Below are positions 46,325-56,681 of a stretch of 64,000 nt of DNA, in pieces. Under the pieces are notes generated by a model. That model was given only the letters and a program-made list of their open reading frames with translations, was not told the DNA's origin and searched no databases. The translations under genes were made by a program, and so were the position numbers. The stretch lies in the NCBI GenBank assembly GCA_965203805.1, contig OZ241917.1, forward strand, positions 2,816,001 to 2,880,000. The letters are read 5' to 3'. This DNA comes from Candidatus Latescibacterota bacterium. GTDB lineage: Bacteria > Latescibacterota > UBA2968 > GCA-2709665. Numbering within the stretch: position 1 is the stretch's first letter; every line of letters begins with the position of its first letter.

Positions 46325-47920
46325 ATGAGATTGGATATGAAACGTCGCGCTGGATCCGCCATGGTCGCGGCGGTCGCCATCCTCGCGGTGCTCGCACGCC
46401 AGGAAACGCCGGCGCAGACCGCCGGGTTCGATCCGGAAGCCCTGGCGAAGCAATTCGTGGGCTTCGACGTCTCGCGAAACGCGGGAAAGGGATATTCCGA
46501 GAGCGCGAGTTCCGCCACGCTGGCGTGGGGCGAAAGTTACTACCTGAACGCCTACGTAAAGATGTACCGGACAACCCGGTATACACGGTGGCTGGACAAG
46601 ATCGTGGACCACTTCGACCGGATGGTCGCCAATATGAGCGACCACGACGGCGACGGCATCCCCGGGTGGCACACGGACCGGTATTCGGTGTCCCGGATGC
46701 GGGCCCGGGCGTTGCACAACCGGGGGACGGCGTCGATCAGGCCGGAAGAAGCCACGGTTACGAACATCGAGCAGGCCCACGAAGCGATCGACGGGGAGTT
46801 CATCGTCGAGCGGGTCGCATCGAACCGGTACGTGGTGCGGGACCTCACCCGTTCGGTAGTGGTCTATGACGGTCCATATTCTCTGGGCCAGGATATCCCC
46901 GGCATTCCGGGGTTCAAATTGCGCCTGGACAGGATCCCCGAGATCGGAGACAAGTTCCGGGTGGAGACGTGGGCGGTGCGTCCCCTGGAATACGCCGTGC
47001 ACGAGGGGATGATTCTGTACCCGATCGCGCAGTTTATCGAACTCGCCCTCAGGGACGATAGTCTGAAGGCGCGCTACGAGGAAAAGGCGCGCGATTACCT
47101 CGATCTGATCGAGGAGCGCGTGTTGAGAAAGCAGGAGCGCTACTGGGTACAGATGGCGCCCGGCATGGGGGCCTACCGGTTCACCGAATCGTCGGCCGAA
47201 CGATTTCCCAACCGCATCCTTCCGCATAACCAGTACCTCGCGCTCGGCCGCGTCTACCTGGTGCTGAAAGACGTTTCGGACGAGCCGCTGTTCGAGGAGC
47301 GCGCCGCCCAGATGGCCGCGTTCTTCAGGAATTCCTTGAAGGAAACGGGCGATGCGTATACCTGGGCTTATTGGGACTGGGTCGAGGCGGGCAGGCCGGA
47401 TCAGAGCGGCACGGAGGACACGAGCCACGGGCACATCGACGTGGAGTTCGCCGTCGAGGCCTACCGGCGTGGCGTGGTCTTCACGCGGGCGGACATGCTC
47501 CGGTTCGCCGGGACGCTCACGGACCAGATGTGGAACGGGTCCCTCTCGAACCCGAAGATCGGTTCCCGCGTGGACCGGCAGGACGGAGACGCGACGATCA
47601 TTCGCGGCTGGATCGAGCTCTGCCGGTGGGACCCGCGGATCTGGGACATCTACTGGGCGCTGTTCGACCGCATCGGCAGACCCGGGCTGGAAATTCCGCA
47701 CATCCTCTACACCAGATCCGTGCTCGACGGCCCCCCCGAGCTCAAGTCGCCGGACTTCAACGGCGACCGAACGGTTGACTTTCAGGACTTCCTTGCGTTC
47801 GCGCGGCACTTCGGTTCGACGTCGGACACCGGTTCGTTTGACGAAAGGTTCGATCTGGACGGCGACGGCAGCGTCAACTTCGCGGATTTCATTGCCTTCG
47901 CCGCTGCATTCGGCGCCTGA
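46325..47920 (+). CDS. Secreted alpha/alpha-barrel-like protein with C-terminal dockerin-like EF-hand pair
   Basis: Signal peptide; LAWGESYYL; EDTSHG; PDFNGDRTVDFQDF..FDLDGDGSVNFADF. Confidence 0.65.
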   Translation: MRLDMKRRAGSAMVAAVAILAVLARQETPAQTAGFDPEALAKQFVGFDVSRNAGKGYSESASSATLAWGESYYLNAYVKMYRTTRYTRWLDKIVDHFDRMVANMSDHDGDGIPGWHTDRYSVSRMRARALHNRGTASIRPEEATVTNIEQAHEAIDGEFIVERVASNRYVVRDLTRSVVVYDGPYSLGQDIPGIPGFKLRLDRIPEIGDKFRVETWAVRPLEYAVHEGMILYPIAQFIELALRDDSLKARYEEKARDYLDLIEERVLRKQERYWVQMAPGMGAYRFTESSAERFPNRILPHNQYLALGRVYLVLKDVSDEPLFEERAAQMAAFFRNSLKETGDAYTWAYWDWVEAGRPDQSGTEDTSHGHIDVEFAVEAYRRGVVFTRADMLRFAGTLTDQMWNGSLSNPKIGSRVDRQDGDATIIRGWIELCRWDPRIWDIYWALFDRIGRPGLEIPHILYTRSVLDGPPELKSPDFNGDRTVDFQDFLAFARHFGSTSDTGSFDERFDLDGDGSVNFADFIAFAAAFGA

Positions 47921-48020
47921 CGCGCGCGGCGCTACATGACGTAGCGGGAACGGAGAAACCGGACGACGACGACCGCGGGGCCGCCTGACGCGTACGTAAA
48001 GACAGATACGGAGGACGAAA

Positions 48021-50453
48021 ATGCTGAAATTAAGGGTCTTGCAGGCCGCAGTCAACCGGGTGCGGCTGGGAGTGGACCTTGCCGGTCAGACGGGAGCCCG
48101 CATATACAGGTCGCGCCGCGCGGCGGGTCCCTATGAAGAGGTCGGGGTGGCGTTCGAGGAGACGTACGACGATACGGCGCACCTGGAACCGGGAAAGACC
48201 TGTTACTATCTCGCGGCGGAATGGCGCGCCCCCAGCCTGATTCCGGAAACGAACAGTCTCAAGGGGGGCGACCCGCTACGGGTTGCGGTACCCCGGTCGC
48301 AGAAAGAACGGCGTTCGGTACTGACGGAAAAGCATGCGGAATTCACGATTTCCATGGGCGGGTACCTGGACGAATCCAATTCGGTCACCGTGGGCCCGGA
48401 AGTCTACTGTCCCGGTCCGAATTCGAGCATGCCACCGTACGACCAGGTCTTCGAGCCCAACCAGTACGTGGTCATCGAGAACCTGGGAGAGACCGACGTG
48501 GAGAACCCGTGGGTGGTGGCCAACGGGCAGCGGGACTGGTGGTCTGCGGAAACGATGACGAAAGAGATCGCCGGCATCGCCGGGGGCGGGCGGCTGGACG
48601 ACCGGGACAAGATGATGGCGATCTGGAAATTCGTGGTCGACGAGCTCTACGACAGCCGGATCGGACTGTCCTGGTTCGACCAGACCAGCGACCCCGTCAG
48701 ACTCTTCAATGTCTACGGTTTCGAGGGCTGCGTCGCCAACGCGATCACGAGCCGCCGCCTCGCCGAACAGATGGGCGTGAAGAGCCGGGAGATCTGGCTG
48801 GGCGGCACCATCGACGGATACGGGCGCGGGCGCAGTTGCGGGCACGATATCTTCGAGGCGTTCGCGGACGGGAACTGGCATTTTCTGGACACGGACCTGA
48901 TGGTGTTCTTCCTCAAGCGGGACAACAGGACGGTTGCCGGCTCCGAGGACCTTTCCCGGGATATCGACCTGCTGCGCCGCTCCCACCGCAACCTCGGCCT
49001 GTGCGGGCGAGACCTGCCCGAGAAGGACTATTACTACACGCCCTTCCGGGAGGGTCAGTACGTGTATCCCCCCAACAAGGGCGGCGCGTGGATGGACGCC
49101 GCGGGGAAGATAAAACAAACGCCGGGCGAATACCCTCCGGCGCAGACGATGGCGCTGCGGCTGCGGCCTGGGGAAAAACTCGTCCGCTACTGGGACAACG
49201 TTGGAAAGAACGTGATCCGGGGGAAGCGTCTCTATCCGACGGTAAGATATTCCAACGGGAAACTGGCGTACCGGCCCGACCTTCGGGGCCCGCATGCATT
49301 GAATGGGACAGAATCGGCGATCAACGTCGCGCAGGAGACTTCGGGGAGACGCGTCGCCCTGCATCCGGAAAAGAAAGAGGAGGTCTCGGAGGTGGTGTGG
49401 CGGGTGGCGTCGCCCTACGCGATTGCCGGGGCGCGGTTGGGCATCCGATGTCGATGCGATACGCAGGAAGACGGCCTGGAAGTCCTGTTTTCCAAAGATG
49501 GAGAAGACTGGCGGTCCTTGTGGGTCGCCATTGGACGGCGCCTGGACGCCTGCGTGGACCTGGACTGGTACCTGAACCCGGCGCTGAACGACTGGCGCGG
49601 GGAGACCGACCTCGGATGGCGGATGGGGCCATGTTACCAGTACTACGTCAAGGTGGCCATGTGGGCGGGGTCCCGGCCCCAGGCGGTGGGTCTGGACGCG
49701 ATCCGTTTCGATACGGATATCCAGTGCGCCACGCGGTCTCTGCCGTCGCTGTTCTGCGGCGACAATACGATCGCCTATCGGGACGACACTCCGGGGCCGC
49801 GGAAGGTGCGTGTGACGTACGGATGGCGCGAGGAACGGTCGATCCGTCCGCCCGGAGCGCCCGGGCTGATTTACCCTGACGATCGCGCCGACGTCGACCG
49901 GATGGATTTCGAATTCCGGTGGAAGCGCCCCCGCGGGGGCAGCGGAAACGTGGACGATTACCACATCCAGGTCAGCCGATACGCGGATTTCAGATGGAGC
50001 GTATGCCCCGCGTTCGACCGGTACGTTGGAAGGACCGCTTACGCCGGTGGGACGAAATGGCAGGCGGAGTTTCCCAATCTGTTGAATCCGGACGACGTCT
50101 ATTACTGGCGCGTGCGGGCACGGAACGAAAAGGGCGTGTGGGGAGACTGGAGTGAAACGCGTTCGTTCGTGCCCCACGGCCCGTGTCTTCCGGTGGACCT
50201 CAGGGTTGAGGGCCGGGGCCGAAAACGATCGCTGGTGTGGTCCGCAAACCAGAACGGGAACCCGGCGGTGCGCTATCTGGTTCACGGGTGCCGGGAGCCC
50301 GGCGGATTCTCCGCGACAGATGAGAATCTGTTGTGTACCGTCGATGAAGCCCGCTGGCCGCTGGACGACGCGGAGAAGGGGATGTCCTATCGGGTCGTGG
50401 CTGTGGATGCCGGCGGCGTCCCGAGTACGCCGTCGGAATACGTCACCGTGTGA
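48021..50453 (+). CDS. Transglutaminase-like (Cys-His-Asp) protein with FN3-like domains
   Basis: YGFEGCVANA, GHDIFE, WHFLDTD; YYWRVRARN..WGDWS. Confidence 0.6.
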   Translation: MLKLRVLQAAVNRVRLGVDLAGQTGARIYRSRRAAGPYEEVGVAFEETYDDTAHLEPGKTCYYLAAEWRAPSLIPETNSLKGGDPLRVAVPRSQKERRSVLTEKHAEFTISMGGYLDESNSVTVGPEVYCPGPNSSMPPYDQVFEPNQYVVIENLGETDVENPWVVANGQRDWWSAETMTKEIAGIAGGGRLDDRDKMMAIWKFVVDELYDSRIGLSWFDQTSDPVRLFNVYGFEGCVANAITSRRLAEQMGVKSREIWLGGTIDGYGRGRSCGHDIFEAFADGNWHFLDTDLMVFFLKRDNRTVAGSEDLSRDIDLLRRSHRNLGLCGRDLPEKDYYYTPFREGQYVYPPNKGGAWMDAAGKIKQTPGEYPPAQTMALRLRPGEKLVRYWDNVGKNVIRGKRLYPTVRYSNGKLAYRPDLRGPHALNGTESAINVAQETSGRRVALHPEKKEEVSEVVWRVASPYAIAGARLGIRCRCDTQEDGLEVLFSKDGEDWRSLWVAIGRRLDACVDLDWYLNPALNDWRGETDLGWRMGPCYQYYVKVAMWAGSRPQAVGLDAIRFDTDIQCATRSLPSLFCGDNTIAYRDDTPGPRKVRVTYGWREERSIRPPGAPGLIYPDDRADVDRMDFEFRWKRPRGGSGNVDDYHIQVSRYADFRWSVCPAFDRYVGRTAYAGGTKWQAEFPNLLNPDDVYYWRVRARNEKGVWGDWSETRSFVPHGPCLPVDLRVEGRGRKRSLVWSANQNGNPAVRYLVHGCREPGGFSATDENLLCTVDEARWPLDDAEKGMSYRVVAVDAGGVPSTPSEYVTV

Positions 50454-50469
50454 GCGCCAAGGGTGAACC

Positions 50470-52020
50470 ATGACCAGACGCAGACTGCCCATCGGCATTC
50501 AGACCTTCCGCAAAATTCGGGAGGACGACTGCTACTACGTCGATAAGACCGCCTACATCCGGAGGTTGCTCGACGAGGGTACTCATTACTTCCTATCGCG
50601 TCCTCGGCGCTTTGGCAAGAGCCTGTTTTTAGACACGATCAAGGAGGTGTTCGAGGGCAACGAGCCGCTGTTTGCCGGGCTGGCCATCCACGACCAGTGG
50701 GATTGGTCGGTGCGCCATCCGGTGCTGCGGCTCGACTTCAGCAGCGGCGCCTACCAGGGGCCGGACGACTTGCAAAAGGAAGTGGCGGCGCAATTGAACA
50801 CCCTGGAGGACGAGGCGGAGATCGTCTCGCGCGACGACGACACCGCTTCGGCTCGCTTCCGCCGCTTGATGAAGGTGCTGCACGAGCGAAGTGGTCAGCG
50901 CGTTGCCGTGCTGATTGACGAATACGACAAGCCTATTTTGGATGCGCTGGATACGCCGGAGGTCGCCCGTGCCAACCGCGACTTTCTACGCGGCCTGTAT
51001 TCGACCGTGAAGTTTGCCGACGCCCACGTCCGGCTCACGTTCATCACAGGGGTGAGCAAGTTCTCCAAGGTCAGCTTGTTTTCCGGCCTCAACAATCTCA
51101 AGGACATCACCCTGGACCCGCGCTATTCGGCTCTGTGCGGCTACACCGAGGCAGACCTGGATACGGTGTTCTCGCCGGAGTTGCCCGGCCTGGACCGGGA
51201 GCGGATCCGCGACTGGTACAACGGCTACCGGTGGCGGGGCGACGAGAAGGTGTACAACCCCTTCGACATCCTGCTGCTGTTCGACAGCCGCGAGTTCAAA
51301 GCCTATTGGTTCGAGACCGGGACGCCGACGTTCCTGATCGAAATGCTGCTCGAGCGCCGCGTCAGTTCCTTAGAACTCGGCGCGATGGAGGGCAGCGACG
51401 AACTCCTCTCGACCTTTGACGTCGATGACGTCGCCACGGAGGCCCTGCTGTTCCAGACAGGCTACCTGACGATCACCGACGAGGAGGACCTGGGCGGCGA
51501 GCCCGTCTATCGCCTGGACTATCCCAACCGCGAGGTGCGCCAGAGCCTGAACCGCAGTCTGCTGCGCTACCTGGTGCGGGATGCGACGCGGCAGCGGGCC
51601 AATAGCACACGGTTGTACCGGCTGTTGGAAGCCAACGACTTCGAGGGACTCAAGACACTTTTCCACGCTTTCTTCGCCAGCATCCCCTACGAGTGGTACA
51701 CCAACAACGACGTTGCCAGGTACGAGGGCTACTACGCCAGCGTTTTCTATTCCTATTTCGCGGCGCTGGGTCTCAATATCACCGTAGAAGACAGCAGCAG
51801 TCACGGGCGCGTGGATATGGCTGTACACTTCAACGACAACGTCTATCTGTTCGAGTTCAAAGTGGTAGAGTTGGCGTCTGATGGGGCTGCGATGGCGCAA
51901 TTGCGGGAGAAGGGATACGCGGACAAATACCGCGATTTGGGGCAGCCGATTCACCTGATCGGGGTCGAGTTCAGCAAGGATACCCGCAATATCACGGCCT
52001 TCGAGGCGGCCCGTGCGTGA
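50470..52020 (+). CDS. AAA-ATPase-like + PD-(D/E)XK nuclease (PDDEXK_9) protein, copy 1
   Basis: LPIGIQTF, YYVDKT, RPRRFGKSL, LIDEYDKP, GRVDM..FEFK..Q..KGY. Confidence 0.9.
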   Translation: MTRRRLPIGIQTFRKIREDDCYYVDKTAYIRRLLDEGTHYFLSRPRRFGKSLFLDTIKEVFEGNEPLFAGLAIHDQWDWSVRHPVLRLDFSSGAYQGPDDLQKEVAAQLNTLEDEAEIVSRDDDTASARFRRLMKVLHERSGQRVAVLIDEYDKPILDALDTPEVARANRDFLRGLYSTVKFADAHVRLTFITGVSKFSKVSLFSGLNNLKDITLDPRYSALCGYTEADLDTVFSPELPGLDRERIRDWYNGYRWRGDEKVYNPFDILLLFDSREFKAYWFETGTPTFLIEMLLERRVSSLELGAMEGSDELLSTFDVDDVATEALLFQTGYLTITDEEDLGGEPVYRLDYPNREVRQSLNRSLLRYLVRDATRQRANSTRLYRLLEANDFEGLKTLFHAFFASIPYEWYTNNDVARYEGYYASVFYSYFAALGLNITVEDSSSHGRVDMAVHFNDNVYLFEFKVVELASDGAAMAQLREKGYADKYRDLGQPIHLIGVEFSKDTRNITAFEAARA

Positions 52021-52240
52021 CCTGCGAAGCGGGGTTGCGCACGACGATAGCAGGAAAACATCTGACGCGGGCAGACAGGAATCCCCCGTTTCGGCAGGTT
52101 TTCGCCGTGACAACGAAAAAACTGCAGGATCACGGCGTTACGACACGCGCCGTTTCGCGCCGGTACCTTCTGTGCCCTTTGTGCATTTTGTGGCCGATGC
52201 ATTTTTCGACTTGAGGTAAATTGACATTCGGGGGTGATCC

Positions 52241-53290
52241 ATGTCCGAACGCGAATACAGCGGGGTTATCGTGGGCTTGACGGGAATCGGGGCCGGACGT
52301 CCGGCCGAAGCCGGGGGTCTGCCGCTATACGGCGCGATGCCGATGTCGCACGCCTCGGCCTATTACCGGTGTCCTCAGACCCGGCTGACGGCTGTGTGCG
52401 ACCTGCGTGAGGAGGCGCTGGACAGTTTCCGGGAGAACTGGAACGACGTGTGGCCCGAAATGCGCTACTACGTGGATTATCGGGAAATGTTCGAGGCGGA
52501 AAATCCCGAATTGGTGAGCGTCGCGACGTCGGACCACTTCCACGCGGATATCGTGGTGGATGCGGCCGAGCGCGGTACGGCCGCGATTCTCTGCGAAAAA
52601 CCGCTTGCGACAACGCTCGAGGACGCCGACAGGATGATCTCGGCGACCGAAGCGAACGGGACCGTACTTTCGGTGGATCATTCCCGGCGGTGGTACCCGC
52701 ATTACCTCAAGGCCCGCGAGATCGTCCGAAGCGGCGAGATCGGGCCGCTGCGCACCGTCGGGTGCGAGATGTTCGGCCTGCGTTCGATGTTGTTTCGCAA
52801 CGGGACCCACGCCCTGGATACGGTCTGCTTTTTTGCAGACGGAGATCCCCTGTGGCTGGTGGCGGACCTGGAGGACGGGTTCGAACACTTCACCGAGTAT
52901 CGGGGAGGCGGAGGAAAGGATGCCGCGAGTGATCCGTATGCCTCGGCCTATATCCGGTTCGGGAACGGCGTCAGGGCTTTTTTCAACTCCTACAAGACGA
53001 CGTTCGCCGGGTGGCGGTTCATTCTGACGTGTGAGGACGGGCGGGTGGAAGCCACCGATAAGACGGCCAGGCTGATTCGCGGCGCCTCGTTCGAGACCTC
53101 GGAGATCGTCCCGGAGCATTACATGCTGCATTCCAAGGGCGCCCTGGTGGCGGAACTGGTGCATCTGCTGGAACACGGCGGAGACCCGGTGTCTCCCGCG
53201 CGGGAGGCGCGGAAATCACTGGAGGTCATCCTGGGCATCCTGAAGTCTCATCACGCGGGCAACACACGCGTCGACTTTCCGCTGTCCTGA
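52241..53290 (+). CDS. Gfo/Idh/MocA family oxidoreductase
   Basis: CEKPLA, DHSRRW, NGTHALD. Confidence 0.9.
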   Translation: MSEREYSGVIVGLTGIGAGRPAEAGGLPLYGAMPMSHASAYYRCPQTRLTAVCDLREEALDSFRENWNDVWPEMRYYVDYREMFEAENPELVSVATSDHFHADIVVDAAERGTAAILCEKPLATTLEDADRMISATEANGTVLSVDHSRRWYPHYLKAREIVRSGEIGPLRTVGCEMFGLRSMLFRNGTHALDTVCFFADGDPLWLVADLEDGFEHFTEYRGGGGKDAASDPYASAYIRFGNGVRAFFNSYKTTFAGWRFILTCEDGRVEATDKTARLIRGASFETSEIVPEHYMLHSKGALVAELVHLLEHGGDPVSPAREARKSLEVILGILKSHHAGNTRVDFPLS

Positions 53291-53302
53291 GGAGATCACG
53301 AC

Positions 53303-54598
53303 ATGAAATCTGTCGATCCCGTCGCGGTCTGGGACGTGCGCCCATGGGGCTGCCCGGCGTTCACGATCCGTGACTTCAACGGAGACGGGAAGAACGAAAT
53401 CCTGTTCGTGCAAAACGCGGGCGCGCACGCCAACGAGGCGTTCGATCCCAGGTTCAAGGACGTGCAGGGGTACAAGACCGGCGTGGAAGACCAGGAGCTC
53501 TTCTGCCTGACGCTTACGGACGGCGAGGGTCAGATTCTCTGGCAGGTTGGGGAACCCTGGGCGCTGGAGCGGCCCTTTTCCTGGAACGGGAGCAATTTCT
53601 GCGAGGTCGTGGACCTGGACGGGGACGGGCAGATCGAAATCATGATCGTCTACAAGGCGGAATTGCTGGTCTACAAGGGAGCCACCGGCGAATTGTGCAG
53701 CCGGCATGAGCTGCCCCATTCGGGGTTCTATTACTCGCGGGCGGTTCGAACCGATCACTCCGGAAGGTATCACATTTTTACCAAGAGCGTCACGTCTTCC
53801 GCCACGCATGGCTACGGCAATCCCAGCCTGCTGCTGGACCATGACTTCAACGTGGTCTGGGAGAAGGAGGTGGACGGCGCCGGGCATGGCGGCGACTTTG
53901 CCGACGTGGACGGCGACGGACTGGACGAACTTCTGATCGGCTTCAGCCTGTTCGACCACGACGGCAGTCCCCTCTGGTCGCATCCCCCGATGTCGGAGAA
54001 CGACCACCTGGACGATTCTGTGATTGCCGATATCGACGGCGACGGACGGTTCGAGTTCGCGCTGGCCCACGACGGACACGACGCGGTCGTCCACAATTCC
54101 GACGGAACCGTGCGGTTCACCGTTCCGATGAATCACTGCCAGAACATCCTGCCGGGAAGATTCTTCGAAGCCGATCCGGGGCTTCAGCTGGCCTTTGTGG
54201 ACAAGGCGCTGGGACGCGCGGAGGAGCGGGAGGCAGCGATCGTCAGTGCCGACGGCCGCGAGTTGTCCCGGCATCGGACGATGGGTTATTACTCGGTCAT
54301 CGGGTGGTCGAGTGACGTGGGCGAGGACAGCCTGATGCGTCTCGAATGGCCGACCGAGCCCGACGCCGACCACCGCGTATTATGGGTGGGCCCCACCGGC
54401 CGGGAACTGGCGCGGCTGAACGTGCGGGAAAATTTCCACGACCGCTTTCAGAAGTTCGGCCTCGAAGACTATCCCGGCCGCGGCCGCTATTTCGGCACCA
54501 GCCACACCGCGGCCATTGGCGATCTCGACGGGGATGGACGCGACGAGTTCCTGGTAACCGATCGGGAGAAGGTATGGGTATTCAAGAAGCCGCAATAG
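53303..54598 (+). CDS. FG-GAP/VCBS-repeat beta-propeller (rhamnogalacturonan lyase-like)
   Basis: Five DxxGDGxxE Ca-binding repeats; GAGH, HLDD, HCQ. Confidence 0.65.
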   Translation: MKSVDPVAVWDVRPWGCPAFTIRDFNGDGKNEILFVQNAGAHANEAFDPRFKDVQGYKTGVEDQELFCLTLTDGEGQILWQVGEPWALERPFSWNGSNFCEVVDLDGDGQIEIMIVYKAELLVYKGATGELCSRHELPHSGFYYSRAVRTDHSGRYHIFTKSVTSSATHGYGNPSLLLDHDFNVVWEKEVDGAGHGGDFADVDGDGLDELLIGFSLFDHDGSPLWSHPPMSENDHLDDSVIADIDGDGRFEFALAHDGHDAVVHNSDGTVRFTVPMNHCQNILPGRFFEADPGLQLAFVDKALGRAEEREAAIVSADGRELSRHRTMGYYSVIGWSSDVGEDSLMRLEWPTEPDADHRVLWVGPTGRELARLNVRENFHDRFQKFGLEDYPGRGRYFGTSHTAAIGDLDGDGRDEFLVTDREKVWVFKKPQ

Positions 54599-54631
54599 AC
54601 TGCGTTCGACTCTCGCGATCGGAGCAGCCGT

Positions 54632-54752
54632 AGAAGCTACTTGGAAAATAACATCAGAAACTACAAAACACACGAAAAAAACGAAAAATCCGTGGCTTAA
54701 ATCAATTGCCACAAGAGGCCTGCCTGCAGCGCAGGGCACTGCGCAGGCAGGC
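54632..54752 (+). repeat. Dispersed ~120-bp element (A-rich segment + palindrome)
   Basis: agaagctacttggaaaataacatcagaaactacaaaacac..ccacaagaggcctgc; near-identical copies at 58103 and 59222. Confidence 0.85.
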
Positions 54753-54844
54753 GCGAAGACCGCTGGGGAGTTTAAAACAGCTTCTCAAGGAAACAAAAGC
54801 GTGAAGCAGGAATTACATCACCCAATGCCTGGAGGAAATTGCCG

Positions 54845-56392
54845 GTGACCAGACGCAGACTCCCCATCGGCATGCAGACCTTCCGCGAACTCCGAGAGCA
54901 GGACTGCTATTACGTCGACAAGACCGCACATATCCGGCGGCTGCTCGACGAGGGCAAGCACTATTTCCTGTCGCGCCCTCGTCGCTTCGGCAAAAGCCTG
55001 TTTCTCGACACGCTCAAGGAACTGTTCGAGGGCAACCAACCTCTGTTTCAGGGGCTGGACATCCACGGTTACTGGGACTGGTCCATACGTTGCCCCGTCC
55101 TGCGTCTGAGCTTCGGGAGCGGGCACTTCAAGGAGCCGGGCCACTTGCATACGAACCTGATGGCCCAATTGGACGCCGTGGAACGAAAGGCAAACGTATC
55201 CTCTGAGTACGTCACCGGTCCCGAACGGTTGCGGCATCTCCTGGAAGTGCTGCACGGCAAGACCGGTCGGCCCGTCGCAGTGCTGATCGACGAGTATGAC
55301 AAGCCGATCCTGGACGCCCTGGAGACGCCGGACGTCGCCCGCGCAAACCGCGACTATCTGCGGGGCCTCTATGCAGTCGTCAAGGACAGCGACACCGACA
55401 TCCGCTTCAGCCTTATTACCGGGGTAAGCAAGTTCTCCAGAGTCAGCCTGTTCTCCGGCCTCAACAACCTGGTCGACATCACCCTGGACGCGCGCCATTC
55501 GTCCATCTGCGGGTACACCGACGAGGATATCGACACCGTTTTCGCGCCGGAGTTGCCCGGCCTCAACCGGGAGGAGATCCGCTACTGGTACAACGGCTAC
55601 AGTTGGCGGGGCGATACAAGGGTATATAACCCCTTCGACATACTGCTGCTGTTTCGCAACCGAGAGTTCGCCGCCTATTGGTTTGAGACGGGCACGCCGA
55701 CGTTTCTGGTCGAAACGCTGTTCAAGCGCCAGGTGAGTTCTCTGGCTCTGGACGAAATGCTGGGCAGCAGCGATCTGCTGTCGACGTTCGACGTGGACGA
55801 CGTGGCCACCGAGGCGCTTTTGTTCCAGACCGGGTATCTCACAATAACAGAAGAGGAAGATCTCGGCGGCGAACCTCACTACCGTCTGGGCTATCCCAAC
55901 CGGGAAGTGCGGCAGAGCCTGAATCGGAGCCTGCTGCGCTACCTGGTGAAGGACGCGTCTCGGCAGATGGCGAACAGCGTCCGGCTTTACCGGCTGCTGG
56001 AGGCCAACGACTTCGCCGGGCTCGAAACGCTGTTCCAGGCGTTCTTTGCCAGCATTCCCTATGAGTGGTACACGAACAACGACATTGCCAACTACGAGGG
56101 CTACTACGCCAGCGTGTTTTATTCCTATTTCGCGGCACTGGGGCTGGACGTCACGGTGGAGGACGCCAGCAGTCACGGCCGGCTGGACATGGCGGTTCAT
56201 TTTAACGACAACGTCTATCTGTTCGAATTCAAGGTCGTCGAGATGACCTCGGAGGGCGCGGCGATGGCGCAATTGAAGGCGAAACGCTACGCTGACAAGT
56301 ACCGTGATCCGGGACAGGCGATCCACCTGATCGGCGTGGAGTTCAGTAAGGAGGCCCGCAACCTGACGGCGTTCGAGGTGGAGCGGGTTTGA
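54845..56392 (+). CDS. AAA-ATPase-like + PD-(D/E)XK nuclease (PDDEXK_9) protein, copy 2
   Basis: Same motifs as, and long identical stretches with, 50470-52020. Confidence 0.9.
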   Translation: MTRRRLPIGMQTFRELREQDCYYVDKTAHIRRLLDEGKHYFLSRPRRFGKSLFLDTLKELFEGNQPLFQGLDIHGYWDWSIRCPVLRLSFGSGHFKEPGHLHTNLMAQLDAVERKANVSSEYVTGPERLRHLLEVLHGKTGRPVAVLIDEYDKPILDALETPDVARANRDYLRGLYAVVKDSDTDIRFSLITGVSKFSRVSLFSGLNNLVDITLDARHSSICGYTDEDIDTVFAPELPGLNREEIRYWYNGYSWRGDTRVYNPFDILLLFRNREFAAYWFETGTPTFLVETLFKRQVSSLALDEMLGSSDLLSTFDVDDVATEALLFQTGYLTITEEEDLGGEPHYRLGYPNREVRQSLNRSLLRYLVKDASRQMANSVRLYRLLEANDFAGLETLFQAFFASIPYEWYTNNDIANYEGYYASVFYSYFAALGLDVTVEDASSHGRLDMAVHFNDNVYLFEFKVVEMTSEGAAMAQLKAKRYADKYRDPGQAIHLIGVEFSKEARNLTAFEVERV

Positions 56393-56681
56393 GCATCCGG
56401 ATGAGCATGAGGGGATGTGGCTGGATGGCCGTGAGGACGTTTCTCCGGCGGAAGTTATTACCGGAAGCGGTAAATAGTTTATATTTCATGCCTCTGCGAC
56501 AGCGCGACGGTGTCAACTATGCGCCCCGTGCCGCTCCGTGAACCCGTCGAAGTGCGTCGAAGGATTGGCGAAGAGCTGATGTAGACTATTTTCTTCTTCC
56601 CGTAGTATACGATTTCCAGCGCCTGCCTGCCGGTAGGCACGGCACGGGCGCCGGACGTTTCCGCGTCTGAGAAAGAAAAAA

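Noticed and set aside
46232-50498. 607-aa and 740-aa minus-strand ORFs and a 552-aa alternate-frame ORF
   Set aside because: Overlap better-supported plus-strand genes; no recognisable motifs
54818-56326. 502-aa minus-strand ORF
   Set aside because: Shadow of the AAA-PD-(D/E)XK gene
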